The notes under the pieces are model-generated. The model saw only the letters and a program-made list of their open reading frames with translations. It had not been told where the DNA came from and searched no databases. The translations under genes and the position numbers were made by a program. Below are positions 17,720-27,672 of a DNA stretch of 64,000 nt, one piece after another. The stretch's first letter is position 1; each line of letters starts with the position of its first letter. This stretch comes from Sphingomonas sp. (GTDB taxonomy: Bacteria; Pseudomonadota; Alphaproteobacteria; Sphingomonadales; Sphingomonadaceae), in assembly GCA_031367995.1 (NCBI GenBank), contig JANLQS010000132.1:1860-65859 (forward strand). Reading direction: 5' to 3'.

Positions 17720-18292
17720 ATGCGGTTATGGATAGCGATGCTGGGGGCAATCCTGATCACCACCGCGCCGGCACATGCCCAATTCGCCAATGACAGCGAA
17801 TTGCTGATCAAGGCGGTTCGCGAAAGCGATGGCGCCAAGGTCGAGAGCCTGATCGGCAACAGCCGGTCGGATTTGATCAACTTGCGGGCGTACGACGGCT
17901 CGACCCCTCTCACGATCGCGGTCGAGCAGCGCAACCAGAATTTCGTCAACTATTTGCTTGGCAAGGGCGCGGACCCCAACCTGGCCGGGCATGCCGGCAC
18001 CACGCCGCTGGTGTCCGCCGCCCAGCTCGGCTGGTTCGACGGGGTCGACCTGTTGTTGAAGGCGGGCGCCAAGGTCGATGTCCCCAACCGCCAGGGTGAA
18101 ACGGCGCTGATCGTCGCCGTCCAGGTGCGCAACCTGCCGATAGTCCGCCGGCTGCTTCAGGCTGGCGCAGACCCCGATCGCACCGATCATGCCGCCGGGA
18201 TGAGCGCGCGCGAATATGCCCAGCGCGACAATCGCGTGCGCGATACGCTGCGCCTCATCGAAACCGTTCGGCCAACCAAGCCCGCGCATTAA
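17720..18292 (+). CDS. Exported ankyrin-repeat protein
   Basis: Signal peptide plus GSTPL, GADPN, GTTPL, GETAL ankyrin repeats. Confidence 0.88.
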   Translation: MRLWIAMLGAILITTAPAHAQFANDSELLIKAVRESDGAKVESLIGNSRSDLINLRAYDGSTPLTIAVEQRNQNFVNYLLGKGADPNLAGHAGTTPLVSAAQLGWFDGVDLLLKAGAKVDVPNRQGETALIVAVQVRNLPIVRRLLQAGADPDRTDHAAGMSAREYAQRDNRVRDTLRLIETVRPTKPAH

Positions 18293-18784
18293 TCAGTTGT
18301 CGAAGCCCAGCGTGGGATCGATCTGCGCCGACAGCCGCCGCGCGGCGCGCCTGGCAAAGCGCAGCAGCTCGGCCTTGCGCCGCGCCGGGGCGAGCGGACG
18401 ATGCGCGGCTTCGCGCACCACCGCCGCGTCATAGCGATCGGCGACCAGCAACCCGGCCGCGCCGGGCAGGAAGCGTTCCTCCTCAAGGATTGCCGCCAGC
18501 GCCGCCGGCACCGCCCAGAAAAAGCGATCGCAATAATCGAGATAGTCGGTCCACTTGCCGTCGCCAATCAAGTCGGCGCGGCTGACCTTGATCTCGACGA
18601 TGGTCAATTGCCCGCGGGCGTCGATCGCCATCATGTCGGCGCGCCGGCCATTGGGCAGCGGCACTTCGCAGATTGCGAACAGATCCTGGCGGCAGAACAG
18701 CCGGGTGACCCCGCGCGCGACCTCGCCGGCGATCGGCGGCTGATCGACGAAACAGTCGGGAATCGGAGTCGCGGTCGAGGCCAT
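18293..18784 (-). CDS. mmcB: MmcB family DNA repair protein (PD-(D/E)xK nuclease)
   Basis: EVPLPNGRRAD, IVEIKVSRAD, KWTDYLDYCDRF. Confidence 0.9.
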   Translation of the reverse strand: MASTATPIPDCFVDQPPIAGEVARGVTRLFCRQDLFAICEVPLPNGRRADMMAIDARGQLTIVEIKVSRADLIGDGKWTDYLDYCDRFFWAVPAALAAILEEERFLPGAAGLLVADRYDAAVVREAAHRPLAPARRKAELLRFARRAARRLSAQIDPTLGFDN

Positions 18785-18812
18785 GCCCCGGCCTAGCGCA
18801 GATTCCCGTTCG

Positions 18813-18827
18813 GAACAAAAGGGGTTC
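18813..18827 (-). promoter_or_regulatory. Candidate alphaproteobacterial LexA (SOS) box
   Basis: GAAC-CCCTTTT-GTTC on the minus strand about 29 nt upstream of mmcB. Consensus is GTTC-N7-GTTC, two mismatches. Confidence 0.45.
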
Positions 18828-18859
18828 GCGCCAATCCGGGGGATCGGCGCCTCGCCGGA

Positions 18860-19507
18860 CTAGCGGTAGAAGACGTGGTTGCCGATCGTGCCGAGCCGCG
18901 CCAGATGCCACGACGGCGACACGCTGCGCGCGTGGAAGAACAGCGCCCTGGGCATCGGCGCCGGTTGCAGACCCTGGTCGACGATCTTGGCGATCGCCAC
19001 CGCATTCTTCCACTGCAGGCCCGAACGCGCGATCGGCGGCATACCGTGGCCGCGAACGAAACTGAACTGGCTGCGCTGATAGACCACGCCGCAATAGCTC
19101 GACGGGAAGCGGCCCGACTTGGCCCGGTTGGCGATGACATGGCCGACCGCCAGCTGACCCTTCAGCGGCTCGCTCTTCGATTCGAAATAAATGGCACCAG
19201 CGAGGCATTCGAGCTCGCGGCTGCCGGCCTCGGTGCCGCGCAGCTTGGCGACCATCGAGAACAGATCGCCGGTAACGGTTTCGGGTTCGACGACGTCGGG
19301 CACGGCGGCCAGCGGGTCGGCCTGAGGAACGGCTTCGGCAGGAAGGCGCGTTTCGGGCGTCAGGACGGCCGGCACGATCAGGGTCGGATTGACGTTCGCA
19401 TTACTGGCCAGAAGCGGCTCCGACCCCGGAGCGACCTGGGCGGGAGCGACGCCGGAGGCGCTGAGCGCCGCCAGAACCAACAGGGTCGAACGAATGGACA
19501 AGTTCAT
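18860..19507 (-). CDS. Cell wall hydrolase (SleB/CwlJ, Hydrolase_2)
   Basis: CLAGAIYFESKSE, GQLAVGHVIANR, QFSF, IGNHVFY. Signal peptide. Confidence 0.92.
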   Translation of the reverse strand: MNLSIRSTLLVLAALSASGVAPAQVAPGSEPLLASNANVNPTLIVPAVLTPETRLPAEAVPQADPLAAVPDVVEPETVTGDLFSMVAKLRGTEAGSRELECLAGAIYFESKSEPLKGQLAVGHVIANRAKSGRFPSSYCGVVYQRSQFSFVRGHGMPPIARSGLQWKNAVAIAKIVDQGLQPAPMPRALFFHARSVSPSWHLARLGTIGNHVFYR

Positions 19508-19680
19508 GGAAATCCGAAACCGTGCGGTGAGCCCCCCGCGGCGCGCGACAAGGTGGATCCTCCACTCTGCCGGCCGAAAGTGCCCCCCGACTGCGTGGCC
19601 TTCACATCGGCGTGATTGCCGATGGAGAAAGCCCTCCGCTCTGTCGTTACGGTCGCGTTTTTCCTATCGGTTCCCTGCGG

Positions 19681-20022
19681 TCAACCTTCAACGGCCAATT
19701 CAGCGGTGAACCGTTGCGGGTTCGGGACGTCTAGCTCGATTAACCACGAATCCGGATCGAATCGCGCGCGCCTGGCAAGGAATTCCGCCACTTGCGCGGG
19801 AGTCGCGTCGGAGGGCGCCGCTGGACCCCAGCGATAATTCCCGCCCGGCTCGAGCAATCGCTCTAATATAGCATGATGCACCCCCCTGTGGTTGATCACC
19901 AGAATCAGGCTGCCACGATCGGGATCGCCGCGTCGCAGGACCATCGCGTTGCCGCCCGCTGCCTCGACCGCGCGGCGGATCGCCGACGCCTCGAGCGACG
20001 CGGGCAGCCGGGCATCGCTCAT
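19681..20022 (-). CDS. DUF1491 family protein
   Basis: RRGDPDRGSL and RRARFDPDSWLIEL motifs. Confidence 0.85.
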   Translation of the reverse strand: MSDARLPASLEASAIRRAVEAAGGNAMVLRRGDPDRGSLILVINHRGVHHAILERLLEPGGNYRWGPAAPSDATPAQVAEFLARRARFDPDSWLIELDVPNPQRFTAELAVEG

Positions 20023-20501
20023 CCGCCCTGGCGGTAGCCGTCGAGCCCCGCGAGCGCGATGTGCGAGCGGAGGAACGTGCCGGTACCGCGAGCGCATTCC
20101 TCGCCGCTCGAATCGACGATCCGCGCTTCGGCCACGAACACCCGCCGCCGGCCCGAGATCCACCGCCCCTCGGCCCGCGCTTCGCCTGCCTTGAGCGGCT
20201 TGGTGAAGTGGAGGTTGAATGCGGTGGTCAGGAGGAAGCGGTCGGACACGATGCTGTTGGCGGCATAGAAAGCGGCATCGTCGAGCATTTTGAAATAGAG
20301 CGTGCCATGCGCCGCGCCGGCGGCGTGAAACAGCGTCGGTTCTACCGTGAAGACAATCTTGCTCCGCCCCGCCGTGGGCAGGGCCAATTGCGACTCAAAT
20401 AGCGAATTGACCGGCGCCGAACGATACAAGGCCTCGAGCGCGCGCAGGTGCGCTAGCTCACCGCTGACTCCGTCCTGGGGTGGCGCGGCGTCAGGCGGCA
20501 T
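20019..20501 (-). CDS. PaaI family thioesterase
   Basis: HAAGAAHGTLYFKMLDDAAFYA hot-dog motif. Confidence 0.88.
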   Translation of the reverse strand: MPPDAAPPQDGVSGELAHLRALEALYRSAPVNSLFESQLALPTAGRSKIVFTVEPTLFHAAGAAHGTLYFKMLDDAAFYAANSIVSDRFLLTTAFNLHFTKPLKAGEARAEGRWISGRRRVFVAEARIVDSSGEECARGTGTFLRSHIALAGLDGYRQGG

Positions 20502-20955
20502 CGCGCTCGTCGGCACCGAGCAGCACCGCCGCCAGCGCATCGCGCGACCGGGCGCCGCGCAGCTTCTCGACCGTCGCCGCGTGGCGCACCAGCCGGCTGA
20601 CCGCGGCCAGCGCCTTCAGATGCTCGGCCCCCGCATCGGGCGGCGACAGCAGCAGGAATACGAGATCGACTTTCTCGCCGTCGATGGCCTTGTAATCGAT
20701 CGGCTGGGCGAGCCGCGCGACCAAAGCGTAAATGCGATCGATCTGCGGCAGTTTGCCGTGGGGGATGGCGACTCCGCCGCCAAAGCCGGTCGAGCCGAGT
20801 CGCTCGCGTTCACCGATGGCGTCGGCGATCTGCGCCGGATCGACCCCCAGCCGCTGGGCCGCGATTTGCGACAGCATGTTGAGCAAATTGCGCTTGTTGC
20901 CCGACGACAGGTCGAGGCGGATCGAATCGAAATCGAGGAACTCGGATAACTGCAT
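20491..20955 (-). CDS. ptsN: PTS nitrogen regulatory EIIA protein
   Basis: RERLGSTGFGGGVAIPHG, HLKALA. Follows hpf. Confidence 0.92.
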   Translation of the reverse strand: MQLSEFLDFDSIRLDLSSGNKRNLLNMLSQIAAQRLGVDPAQIADAIGERERLGSTGFGGGVAIPHGKLPQIDRIYALVARLAQPIDYKAIDGEKVDLVFLLLSPPDAGAEHLKALAAVSRLVRHAATVEKLRGARSRDALAAVLLGADERDAA

Positions 20956-21019
20956 GGGATACGCATTTCTCAAAGGCGGGCGGCGCAGCGCGCGCCTCTA
21001 GCCAAACTGGACGATCTTG

Positions 21020-21604
21020 TCACTTGGCCGAAGGCTCGACCCAGCCGATCGTTCCATCGCCGCGGCGATAGACCATGTTGAACGCCCCCGTCGCGCTGTT
21101 GCGGAACATCAGCGCGTTGGTGTTCCTGAGGTCGAGCATCATCACCGCGTCGGACACGCTGGCGTCGGGTATGTCGACCCGGGTTTCGGCGATCACCGGC
21201 GGCGACGGGGGTGGCGGCGCTTCGCGGTCAGTTGGTTCGGCGAACACCGTGTAAGCGGCATCCTCGACCACCGCCGGGTCGGCCTCGGTCGCGCCGTTGC
21301 CCGCGCCGCGGCGCTCGCGCAGCCGATCGACATAGCGCTTCAACTGACGCTCGATCTTGTCGGCCGCGCCTTCGAAGGCGACATGGGCGTCGCCGGCCCG
21401 GTTCGACGCTTTCAACACCATGCCCTGCGCGACCGGTGCGACGATGTCACAGGTGAAATCGTCGTGGGGGCCGCGGCCGAACGTCACATTGGCCGCCACC
21501 GCGCGCGAGAAATAGCGGTCGGCAAGCGCGCCGATGCGGTCGTTGACCCGGCTGCGCAGCGATTCGCCGGTGGCAACCTGGTGGCCCGCGACTCGAACGT
21601 CCAT
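21020..21604 (-). CDS. hpf: Ribosome hibernation promoting factor (long HPF/RaiA)
   Basis: MDVRVAGHQVATG, KIERQLKRY, C-terminal SVSDAVMMLDL...NMVYRRGDGTIGW. Confidence 0.93.
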   Translation of the reverse strand: MDVRVAGHQVATGESLRSRVNDRIGALADRYFSRAVAANVTFGRGPHDDFTCDIVAPVAQGMVLKASNRAGDAHVAFEGAADKIERQLKRYVDRLRERRGAGNGATEADPAVVEDAAYTVFAEPTDREAPPPPSPPVIAETRVDIPDASVSDAVMMLDLRNTNALMFRNSATGAFNMVYRRGDGTIGWVEPSAK

Positions 21605-21658
21605 GACTGGCCTCCTCGATGGGGCGCCGGGGACTGTCCTCGGCGCGGATGCGTCCGC

Positions 21659-22375
21659 CTAGGCGGCGTCGCGCGTGTCGCCGGCGCCGAGCAGCCGCGA
21701 CCATAGCGGCTTGGCGATCCGGGCGATGAAGGCGCGGTGGCGCTCGACTTCGGCGGCGCTCGGCGCAAATGGCCGGGCCGGGCGAACGACGCGCTCGACC
21801 GGGGGCAGCGCGGCGGACGCGGCGGCGGCGAGCTGCGGCTCGGCGGCGAGGCCAAGCCCGATCTGCCGTCCACCGGTCAATTCGACATAGACCTGGACGA
21901 GCAATTGAGCGTCGAGCAGCGCGCCATGCTTGACCCGGTGCGAGCGATCGACCCCATAGCGTGTGCACAGCGCATCGAGGCTGTGCTTGGCGCCGGGGTG
22001 GCGCGAGCGGGCCAGGCTGAGCGTATCGACCATCCGCGAGAAGCAGACCGTCGTCCGGCCGCAGCGCGCGAGCTCATGATTGAGGAAACCGAAGTCGAAG
22101 CTGGCGTTGTGCGCGACCAGTGGCGAATCGCCGATGAATTCGAGCAATTCCTCGACCTTGTCGGAGAAAAACGGCTTGTCGGACAGGAAGGTGTCGCCGA
22201 GTCCGTGAATCGCCTCGGCCTCAGACGGCATCGGCCGCTCGGGGTTGAAATAACAATGATAGTGGCGGCCGGTCTCAACCCGGTTGAAGATTTCGACGCA
22301 GCCGATCTCGACCAGCCGGTCGCCGCCCGCCGGGCTCAAACCGGTGGTCTCCGTGTCGAAAACGATTTCGCGCAT
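21659..22375 (-). CDS. dnaQ: DNA polymerase III epsilon subunit
   Basis: MREIVFDTETTG, AHNASFD, HGALLDA. Confidence 0.96.
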   Translation of the reverse strand: MREIVFDTETTGLSPAGGDRLVEIGCVEIFNRVETGRHYHCYFNPERPMPSEAEAIHGLGDTFLSDKPFFSDKVEELLEFIGDSPLVAHNASFDFGFLNHELARCGRTTVCFSRMVDTLSLARSRHPGAKHSLDALCTRYGVDRSHRVKHGALLDAQLLVQVYVELTGGRQIGLGLAAEPQLAAAASAALPPVERVVRPARPFAPSAAEVERHRAFIARIAKPLWSRLLGAGDTRDAA

Positions 22376-22382
22376 GACCGCG

Positions 22383-22976
22383 TTATTGACCCGTCGCGAG
22401 GTCAAGACAAGCAAGGATCGCATCCACCTGCGCCTGCGTCTCCACAAGGCTGCCGCTGGTATCGATGACGAAGTCGGCGCGCGCCTTCTTGTCGGCGTCG
22501 GGCAGCTGCCGGTCGAGGATCGAGTCGAGCTTGGCCGCGGTCATCCCCGGCCGGGCCATCACCCGCGCCCGCTGCACCTCGGCCGGGGCGGACACGACGA
22601 TGACCTTGTCGAAGGTCGATTCGCCGTGGGTCTCGAACAACAAGGGAATGTCGAACAGCAGCGCCGGCGCATCGCCGTGGGCCATGATGAACCGTGTCCG
22701 CTCGTGATGGACCGCGGGATGGACCATCGCTTCGAGCACCGCCAGTTCGTCCTTGTCGCCGAGCACCTTCATGGCCAGCGCGTCGCGGTCGACCGCGCCG
22801 TCGCAGGTGGTGCCGGGCCAGCGCTGCTCTATGCGCTCGACCAGCAGCCCGCCCGGCCCCTGCAGCAGCCGCACGACCGCATCCGCGTCGAACAGCGGAA
22901 TCCCGGCCGCCGCGAACATCCCGGCGACGGTCGACTTGCCCATGCCGATCGATCCGGTCAGCGCGAGGGTGATCAT
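22383..22976 (-). CDS. coaE: Dephospho-CoA kinase
   Basis: LTGSIGMGKSTV, DADAVV, DIPLLFE. Confidence 0.96.
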   Translation of the reverse strand: MITLALTGSIGMGKSTVAGMFAAAGIPLFDADAVVRLLQGPGGLLVERIEQRWPGTTCDGAVDRDALAMKVLGDKDELAVLEAMVHPAVHHERTRFIMAHGDAPALLFDIPLLFETHGESTFDKVIVVSAPAEVQRARVMARPGMTAAKLDSILDRQLPDADKKARADFVIDTSGSLVETQAQVDAILACLDLATGQ

Positions 22977-23797
22977 GGGTTGAGCCTTTGCATCAAGTCG
23001 GCGTCGCGGTCGCGCGGCGCGTCGGCGGCGAAGAATAGTTTGAAGCTCGCCGCGGCTTGCTCGACCAGCATCTCGAGTCCGGTGATGACCTTAAGTCCGC
23101 GCGCCCGGGCCATCCTGATCAAGGGCGTTTCGGCCGGCGCGCTGACCATGTCGAACACCAGCCCTGCGTCGGGCATCGCGGTCAGGTCGCAATTGAGGCA
23201 CTCGCGTCCGTCCATGCCGAGCGGGGTGGCGTTGATCAACAATGCGCCCGCTGGAGGCTGGTCCATCCCGACCGGGCCGTCGGACAGGCCGAACTCGACC
23301 GCCAGCGCGGTCGCCGCCTGGAGGTCGCGGGCGTGAATCCGGATGTCACGGACATTGAGCAGCTTGAGCGCGGCCAGCGCCGCCCGGGCCGCGCCGCCGT
23401 TGCCGAACAGGGTGACGCTGGGTATCGCAGTCCCGGCCTGGCGAGCGCGGTCGATCAGCGCGGCGATCGCCCCGACGTCGGTGTTGGCGGCGACCAGTTT
23501 GCCGTCGCGCATGACCAATGTGTTGGCGGCCCCAGCGGCGAGCGCGCGGTCGGTCGGCTCGTCGGCCAGCGCCAGCGCGTCGAGCTTGAGCGGCATCGTC
23601 ACGTTTGAGCCTTTCCAGCTGGCATCCGAGCGTCTTTCAACAAGGTAGGCGGGCAGGTCGGTACGCGTCACCTGCCGCCGGCGATAATCGGCATCGATTT
23701 TCAGCGCCGCGAGCCAGAAGCCGTGGATCATCGGCGACAGGCTATGGTCGATCGGGTCGCCGATGACCTCGGCATAAGGGCGCGCGGTTGACGTCAT
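22973..23797 (-). CDS. aroE: Shikimate dehydrogenase
   Basis: GDPIDHSLSP, NVTMPLK, NTD, GNGGAARA, INATPLGM. Confidence 0.95.
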   Translation of the reverse strand: MTSTARPYAEVIGDPIDHSLSPMIHGFWLAALKIDADYRRRQVTRTDLPAYLVERRSDASWKGSNVTMPLKLDALALADEPTDRALAAGAANTLVMRDGKLVAANTDVGAIAALIDRARQAGTAIPSVTLFGNGGAARAALAALKLLNVRDIRIHARDLQAATALAVEFGLSDGPVGMDQPPAGALLINATPLGMDGRECLNCDLTAMPDAGLVFDMVSAPAETPLIRMARARGLKVITGLEMLVEQAAASFKLFFAADAPRDRDADLMQRLNP

Positions 23798-24375
23798 GCC
23801 GCCATCGCGCCTCTCGCGCGCAGCGCCCCGAGCAGCGGGATCAGGGGCATGCCGAGGATCGTGAAATGGCTGCCTTCGACACGGTCGAACAAGGTGACGC
23901 CGCGTCCCTCCATGCGGAACACCCCGACGCAGTGGCTAACCTCCGGCCATTCGGCATCGAGATAGCCGGCGATGAACGACTCCGGGAGGGTCCGCACGCT
24001 GAGCCTGGCAGTGTCGCTCATGCTCCATTCGACCGTGTTGGCCCGCGCCAAGGCAACCGCACTCGACAATAGCATCGTCCGGCCGGAAAAAGCCCGCAGA
24101 TGCGCCGCAGCCTCGTCGCGGTCGCGGGGCTTGGAATAAAGGATGCCGTCGACGCTGACCGTGCTGTCGGCGCCAATCACCCAGTCTTCCGGGTCTGCGG
24201 TAACCGAGGCGGCCTTGAGCTCGGCCAGTCGCATCGCCAGCGTTTCGCCGTCGTCATCATGGTCCCGTTTGACCGCTCCTTCGTCGCAATCGGGTGCGCG
24301 CACCGTATAAATTACGCCCGCCTGGTCGAGCATCGTCCGGCGAATGCTGCTCGACGAGGCCAGAATCAACGTCAT
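23794..24375 (-). CDS. maf: Maf family nucleoside triphosphate pyrophosphatase
   Basis: LILASSSSIRR, IGADS, SKP, ILGMPL. Confidence 0.92.
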   Translation of the reverse strand: MTLILASSSSIRRTMLDQAGVIYTVRAPDCDEGAVKRDHDDDGETLAMRLAELKAASVTADPEDWVIGADSTVSVDGILYSKPRDRDEAAAHLRAFSGRTMLLSSAVALARANTVEWSMSDTARLSVRTLPESFIAGYLDAEWPEVSHCVGVFRMEGRGVTLFDRVEGSHFTILGMPLIPLLGALRARGAMAA

Positions 24376-24673
24376 GGGAAAACCTTGTGGACAAGTCTGG
24401 GGGCCTGCCTAGCGCCAATCGGGGGATGACCCAACCACGGCGATCGTCCAGACTCCACCAATCATCGTTCGACCGGCCGTCCACAAGGGATAACCTTGAT
24501 CCACAACCTGTGAATCCCGGGCATGGTAACCCGCGACTCGCGCTCTTGCCACGAGTCGCTCGCTTACCCGGCCTGTTGGCAAACCCGGGAGGCGCGCTTA
24601 AATCCCGCTGCCAAGCCGCCATCAATCACTTCAAAGATTCTTTAAATATATCTCTATCAAGAAGGAGAAGAGG
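24376..24673. other. Chromosomal replication origin (oriC)
   Basis: Divergent maf/hemE intergenic region, the usual alphaproteobacterial origin position. DnaA-box-like 9-mers at 24386 (TGTGGACAA), 24477, 24497 (TGATCCACA) and 24509. Five GANTC sites. AT-rich stretch at about 24625-24662. parS and parAB nearby. Confidence 0.85.
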
Positions 24674-25738
24674 GTGGCTTCGCGCCCGATCGATCCGCCG
24701 ATGCCGCCTGCCGTCCCCGACCAGCCATTGCTCGCCGTGCTGCGCGGGGAGCGTCGCAACCCGGTGCCGATGTGGCTGATGCGCCAGGCCGGGCGCTACC
24801 TCCCCGAATATCGTGCCCTGCGCGCCGAAAAGGGCGGTTTTCTCGACATGGCTTATGATCCGCCGACCGCGGCGGAGATCACGCTCCAGCCATTGCGCCG
24901 GTTCCCGATGGATGGCGCGATCCTGTTTTCCGACATCCTCATCGTCCCCCACGCCATCGGCCAGCATTTGAGCTTCGTCGCCGGTGAGGGTCCTCGGCTC
25001 ACGCCTCCGCTGTCCGAAGCCTCGCTGGACGGCCTGCAGCCGGTGCTGGAGCGCCTCCAGCCGATCTGGGCGACGGTGACCAGGGTCAAGGCCCAGCTGA
25101 CGCCTGAGACGACTTTCCTGGGCTTTGCCGGGAGCCCGTGGACCGTTGCCACCTACATGGTCGCCGGGCAGGGCAGCCGCGAGCAGGCCGAGGCCCGCAC
25201 GCTTGCCTATGCCGACCCCGGCAAGTTCCAGGCGATCATCGACCGGATCGAGGCGGTCACGCTCGATTATCTCACCGGCCAGGTCGATGCCGGGGTCGAT
25301 TCGGTACAATTGTTCGACAGCTGGGCGGGCAGCCTTGCTCCGGCCGAGTTCGAGCGCTGGGTGATCGCCCCGACCGCGCGGCTGGTCGCGGCGTTTCGCG
25401 CGCGCCATCCCGCCGTTCCGGTGATCGGCTTCCCGAAGGGCGCCGGCGGCAAACTCGCCGCTTATGCCGAGGCGACCGGCATCCACGCAATCGGCCTCGA
25501 CGAGACAGTCGACCCGGCGTGGGCCGATCGGGTGCTGCCCAAAGGCATGCCGGTGCAGGGCAACCTCGACCCGCTCGCGCTCATCGCCGGGGGCGATGCA
25601 TTGAAGGGCGCGGTGGCACATATCCTTGACGCGCTCGGCGGGCGGCCCCACATCTTCAATCTGGGCCATGGCATCCAGCAGACCACGCCGATCGCCCATG
25701 TCGAGCAGCTGGTCGAGCTGGTAAAGGGCGCGCGGTGA
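24674..25738 (+). CDS. hemE: Uroporphyrinogen decarboxylase
   Basis: PMWLMRQAGRYLPEY, AILFSDIL, GFAGSPWT, HIFNLGHGI. Start may be 24674 (GTG) or 24701. Confidence 0.97.
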   Translation: MASRPIDPPMPPAVPDQPLLAVLRGERRNPVPMWLMRQAGRYLPEYRALRAEKGGFLDMAYDPPTAAEITLQPLRRFPMDGAILFSDILIVPHAIGQHLSFVAGEGPRLTPPLSEASLDGLQPVLERLQPIWATVTRVKAQLTPETTFLGFAGSPWTVATYMVAGQGSREQAEARTLAYADPGKFQAIIDRIEAVTLDYLTGQVDAGVDSVQLFDSWAGSLAPAEFERWVIAPTARLVAAFRARHPAVPVIGFPKGAGGKLAAYAEATGIHAIGLDETVDPAWADRVLPKGMPVQGNLDPLALIAGGDALKGAVAHILDALGGRPHIFNLGHGIQQTTPIAHVEQLVELVKGAR

Positions 25739-26196
25739 ACTTCCTCGACAATTATGTTGGATTCCTCGGCGCCGCCTATCTGTGGGTCAAGGCGGCGCAC
25801 GTCACCTTCGTGATTTTCTGGATCGCGGGGCTGTTCATCGTCCCGCGCTACTATGTCCACCATCAGGCGACGACTCCCGGATCGGCCGAGGATCGCGCCT
25901 GGCTCGAGCGCGAGGATAGGGCGCGGACGATCATTCTGACCCCGGCCATGCTGATCACCTGGACGCTCGGGCTGATGCTTGCGGTTCATCTCGGCGCCTT
26001 CGGCGAGGCATGGTTTTCGGCCAAGCTGGCGCTGGTCGTCGCCCTGACCGGCTATCAGGGTTGGATCGGCGCCTATGGCCGCAAGCTTGCCAAGGGCCAC
26101 CGCGCGCTCGAAGACAAGCAATTGAGGATCATGAACGAATTGCCCGGCATCCTCACCGCGCTGATCGTGGTTTTGGTAATCGTTCGACCTTTCTAG
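25735..26196 (+). CDS. hemJ: Protoporphyrinogen oxidase HemJ
   Basis: [29 protein letters not shown]. Follows hemE. Confidence 0.9.
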   Translation: MNFLDNYVGFLGAAYLWVKAAHVTFVIFWIAGLFIVPRYYVHHQATTPGSAEDRAWLEREDRARTIILTPAMLITWTLGLMLAVHLGAFGEAWFSAKLALVVALTGYQGWIGAYGRKLAKGHRALEDKQLRIMNELPGILTALIVVLVIVRPF

Positions 26197-26345
26197 GCGT
26201 TGACTTCGTCCTGCTTCACGACCTAAGCGCTCAGCCAAGACGGCTGCACGGCCGCGGGTTCCCCCAATCGCCGCTGCATCCTTGCCGTCCTGTCCCCGGC
26301 GTCCTGCCGCGCGTGAACTTCTTTTCCTTTCGTTCGAGACCATCG

Positions 26346-27602
26346 ATGCACCTCAAAGACCTCAAGCAGAAATCCCCCGTCGAACTGGTCGCGATGGCCG
26401 AGGAGATGGGCATCGAGGGCGCCTCGACGCTGCGCAAGCAGGACCTGATGTTCGGCATCCTCAAGGTTCGCGCCGAAAGCGGTGCCGAGATCATGGGCAT
26501 GGGCACGATCGAGGTGTTGAACGACGGCTTCGGCTTCCTCCGCAGTCCCGAAGCCAATTATCTCGCCGGGCCCGACGACATCTATGTCCAGCCCAGCCTG
26601 GTCCGCAAATTCGGCCTGCGCACCGGCGACACCTGCGAGGGCGAGATCCGCGGGCCCAAGGACGGCGAGCGCTACTTCGCGTTGACCCGCATCACCCAGA
26701 TCAATTTCGACGAGCCAGACGCCGTTCGTCACCGGGTCAATTTCGACAATTTGACCCCGCTCTACCCTGACAGCAAGCTGACCCTCGACAGCGCCGACCC
26801 GACCCAGAAGGACAAGTCGGCGCGGGTTATCGACATCGTCTCTCCGCAGGGCAAGGGCCAGCGCGCGCTGATCGTCGCCCCGCCGCGTACCGGCAAGACC
26901 GTGCTGCTGCAGAACATCGCCCGGGCGATCACCGACAACCACCCCGAGGTGTTCCTGATCGTGCTGCTGATCGACGAGCGGCCCGAGGAAGTCACCGACA
27001 TGCAGCGCTCGGTCAAAGGTGAGGTCATCTCCTCGACCTTCGACGAGCCCGCCAGTCGCCACGTCCAGGTCGCCGAGATGGTCATCGAGAAAGCCAAGCG
27101 TCTGGTCGAGCACAAGAAGGATGTTGTTATCCTGCTGGATTCGATCACCCGCCTTGGCCGCGCCTACAACACCGTCGTGCCGAGCTCCGGCAAGGTGCTG
27201 ACCGGCGGCGTCGACGCCAATGCGCTGCAGCGGCCGAAGCGCTTCTTCGGCGCCGCGCGCAATATCGAGGAAGGCGGATCCTTGTCGATCATCGCCACCG
27301 CCTTGATCGATACCGGCTCCAAGATGGACGAGGTCATTTTCGAAGAGTTCAAGGGCACCGGCAACAGCGAAATCGTGCTCGACCGCAAGGTCAGCGACAA
27401 GCGCATCTTCCCCTCGCTCGACGTCGGCAAGTCGGGCACGCGCAAGGAGGAATTGCTGGTCGATCCGGCGACCCTCAGCAAAATGTGGGTGCTGCGCCGC
27501 ATCCTCATGCAGATGGGCACGATCGACGCGATGCAGTTCCTCCTCGACAAGATGAAGGACGCCAAGTCCAACGAGGATTTCTTCGCCAGCATGAACCAAT
27601 AG
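26346..27602 (+). CDS. rho: Transcription termination factor Rho
   Basis: [39 protein letters not shown]. Confidence 0.98.
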   Translation: MHLKDLKQKSPVELVAMAEEMGIEGASTLRKQDLMFGILKVRAESGAEIMGMGTIEVLNDGFGFLRSPEANYLAGPDDIYVQPSLVRKFGLRTGDTCEGEIRGPKDGERYFALTRITQINFDEPDAVRHRVNFDNLTPLYPDSKLTLDSADPTQKDKSARVIDIVSPQGKGQRALIVAPPRTGKTVLLQNIARAITDNHPEVFLIVLLIDERPEEVTDMQRSVKGEVISSTFDEPASRHVQVAEMVIEKAKRLVEHKKDVVILLDSITRLGRAYNTVVPSSGKVLTGGVDANALQRPKRFFGAARNIEEGGSLSIIATALIDTGSKMDEVIFEEFKGTGNSEIVLDRKVSDKRIFPSLDVGKSGTRKEELLVDPATLSKMWVLRRILMQMGTIDAMQFLLDKMKDAKSNEDFFASMNQ

Positions 27603-27672
27603 CTGAGCCGGCAAATCCGCCACGTTTCAGGCGTGTCGGATCTGCCGCAACCGAGCGAGCAATCGGCCTTAG

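Noticed and set aside
20491-21604. hpf-ptsN without rpoN as a novelty
   Set aside because: Simple rearrangement with intact genes and nothing further to suggest a new function.
24655-24672. DnaA-trio repeats (AAG AAG GAG AAG)
   Set aside because: Equally explained as the hemE Shine-Dalgarno region. Cannot be distinguished by eye.
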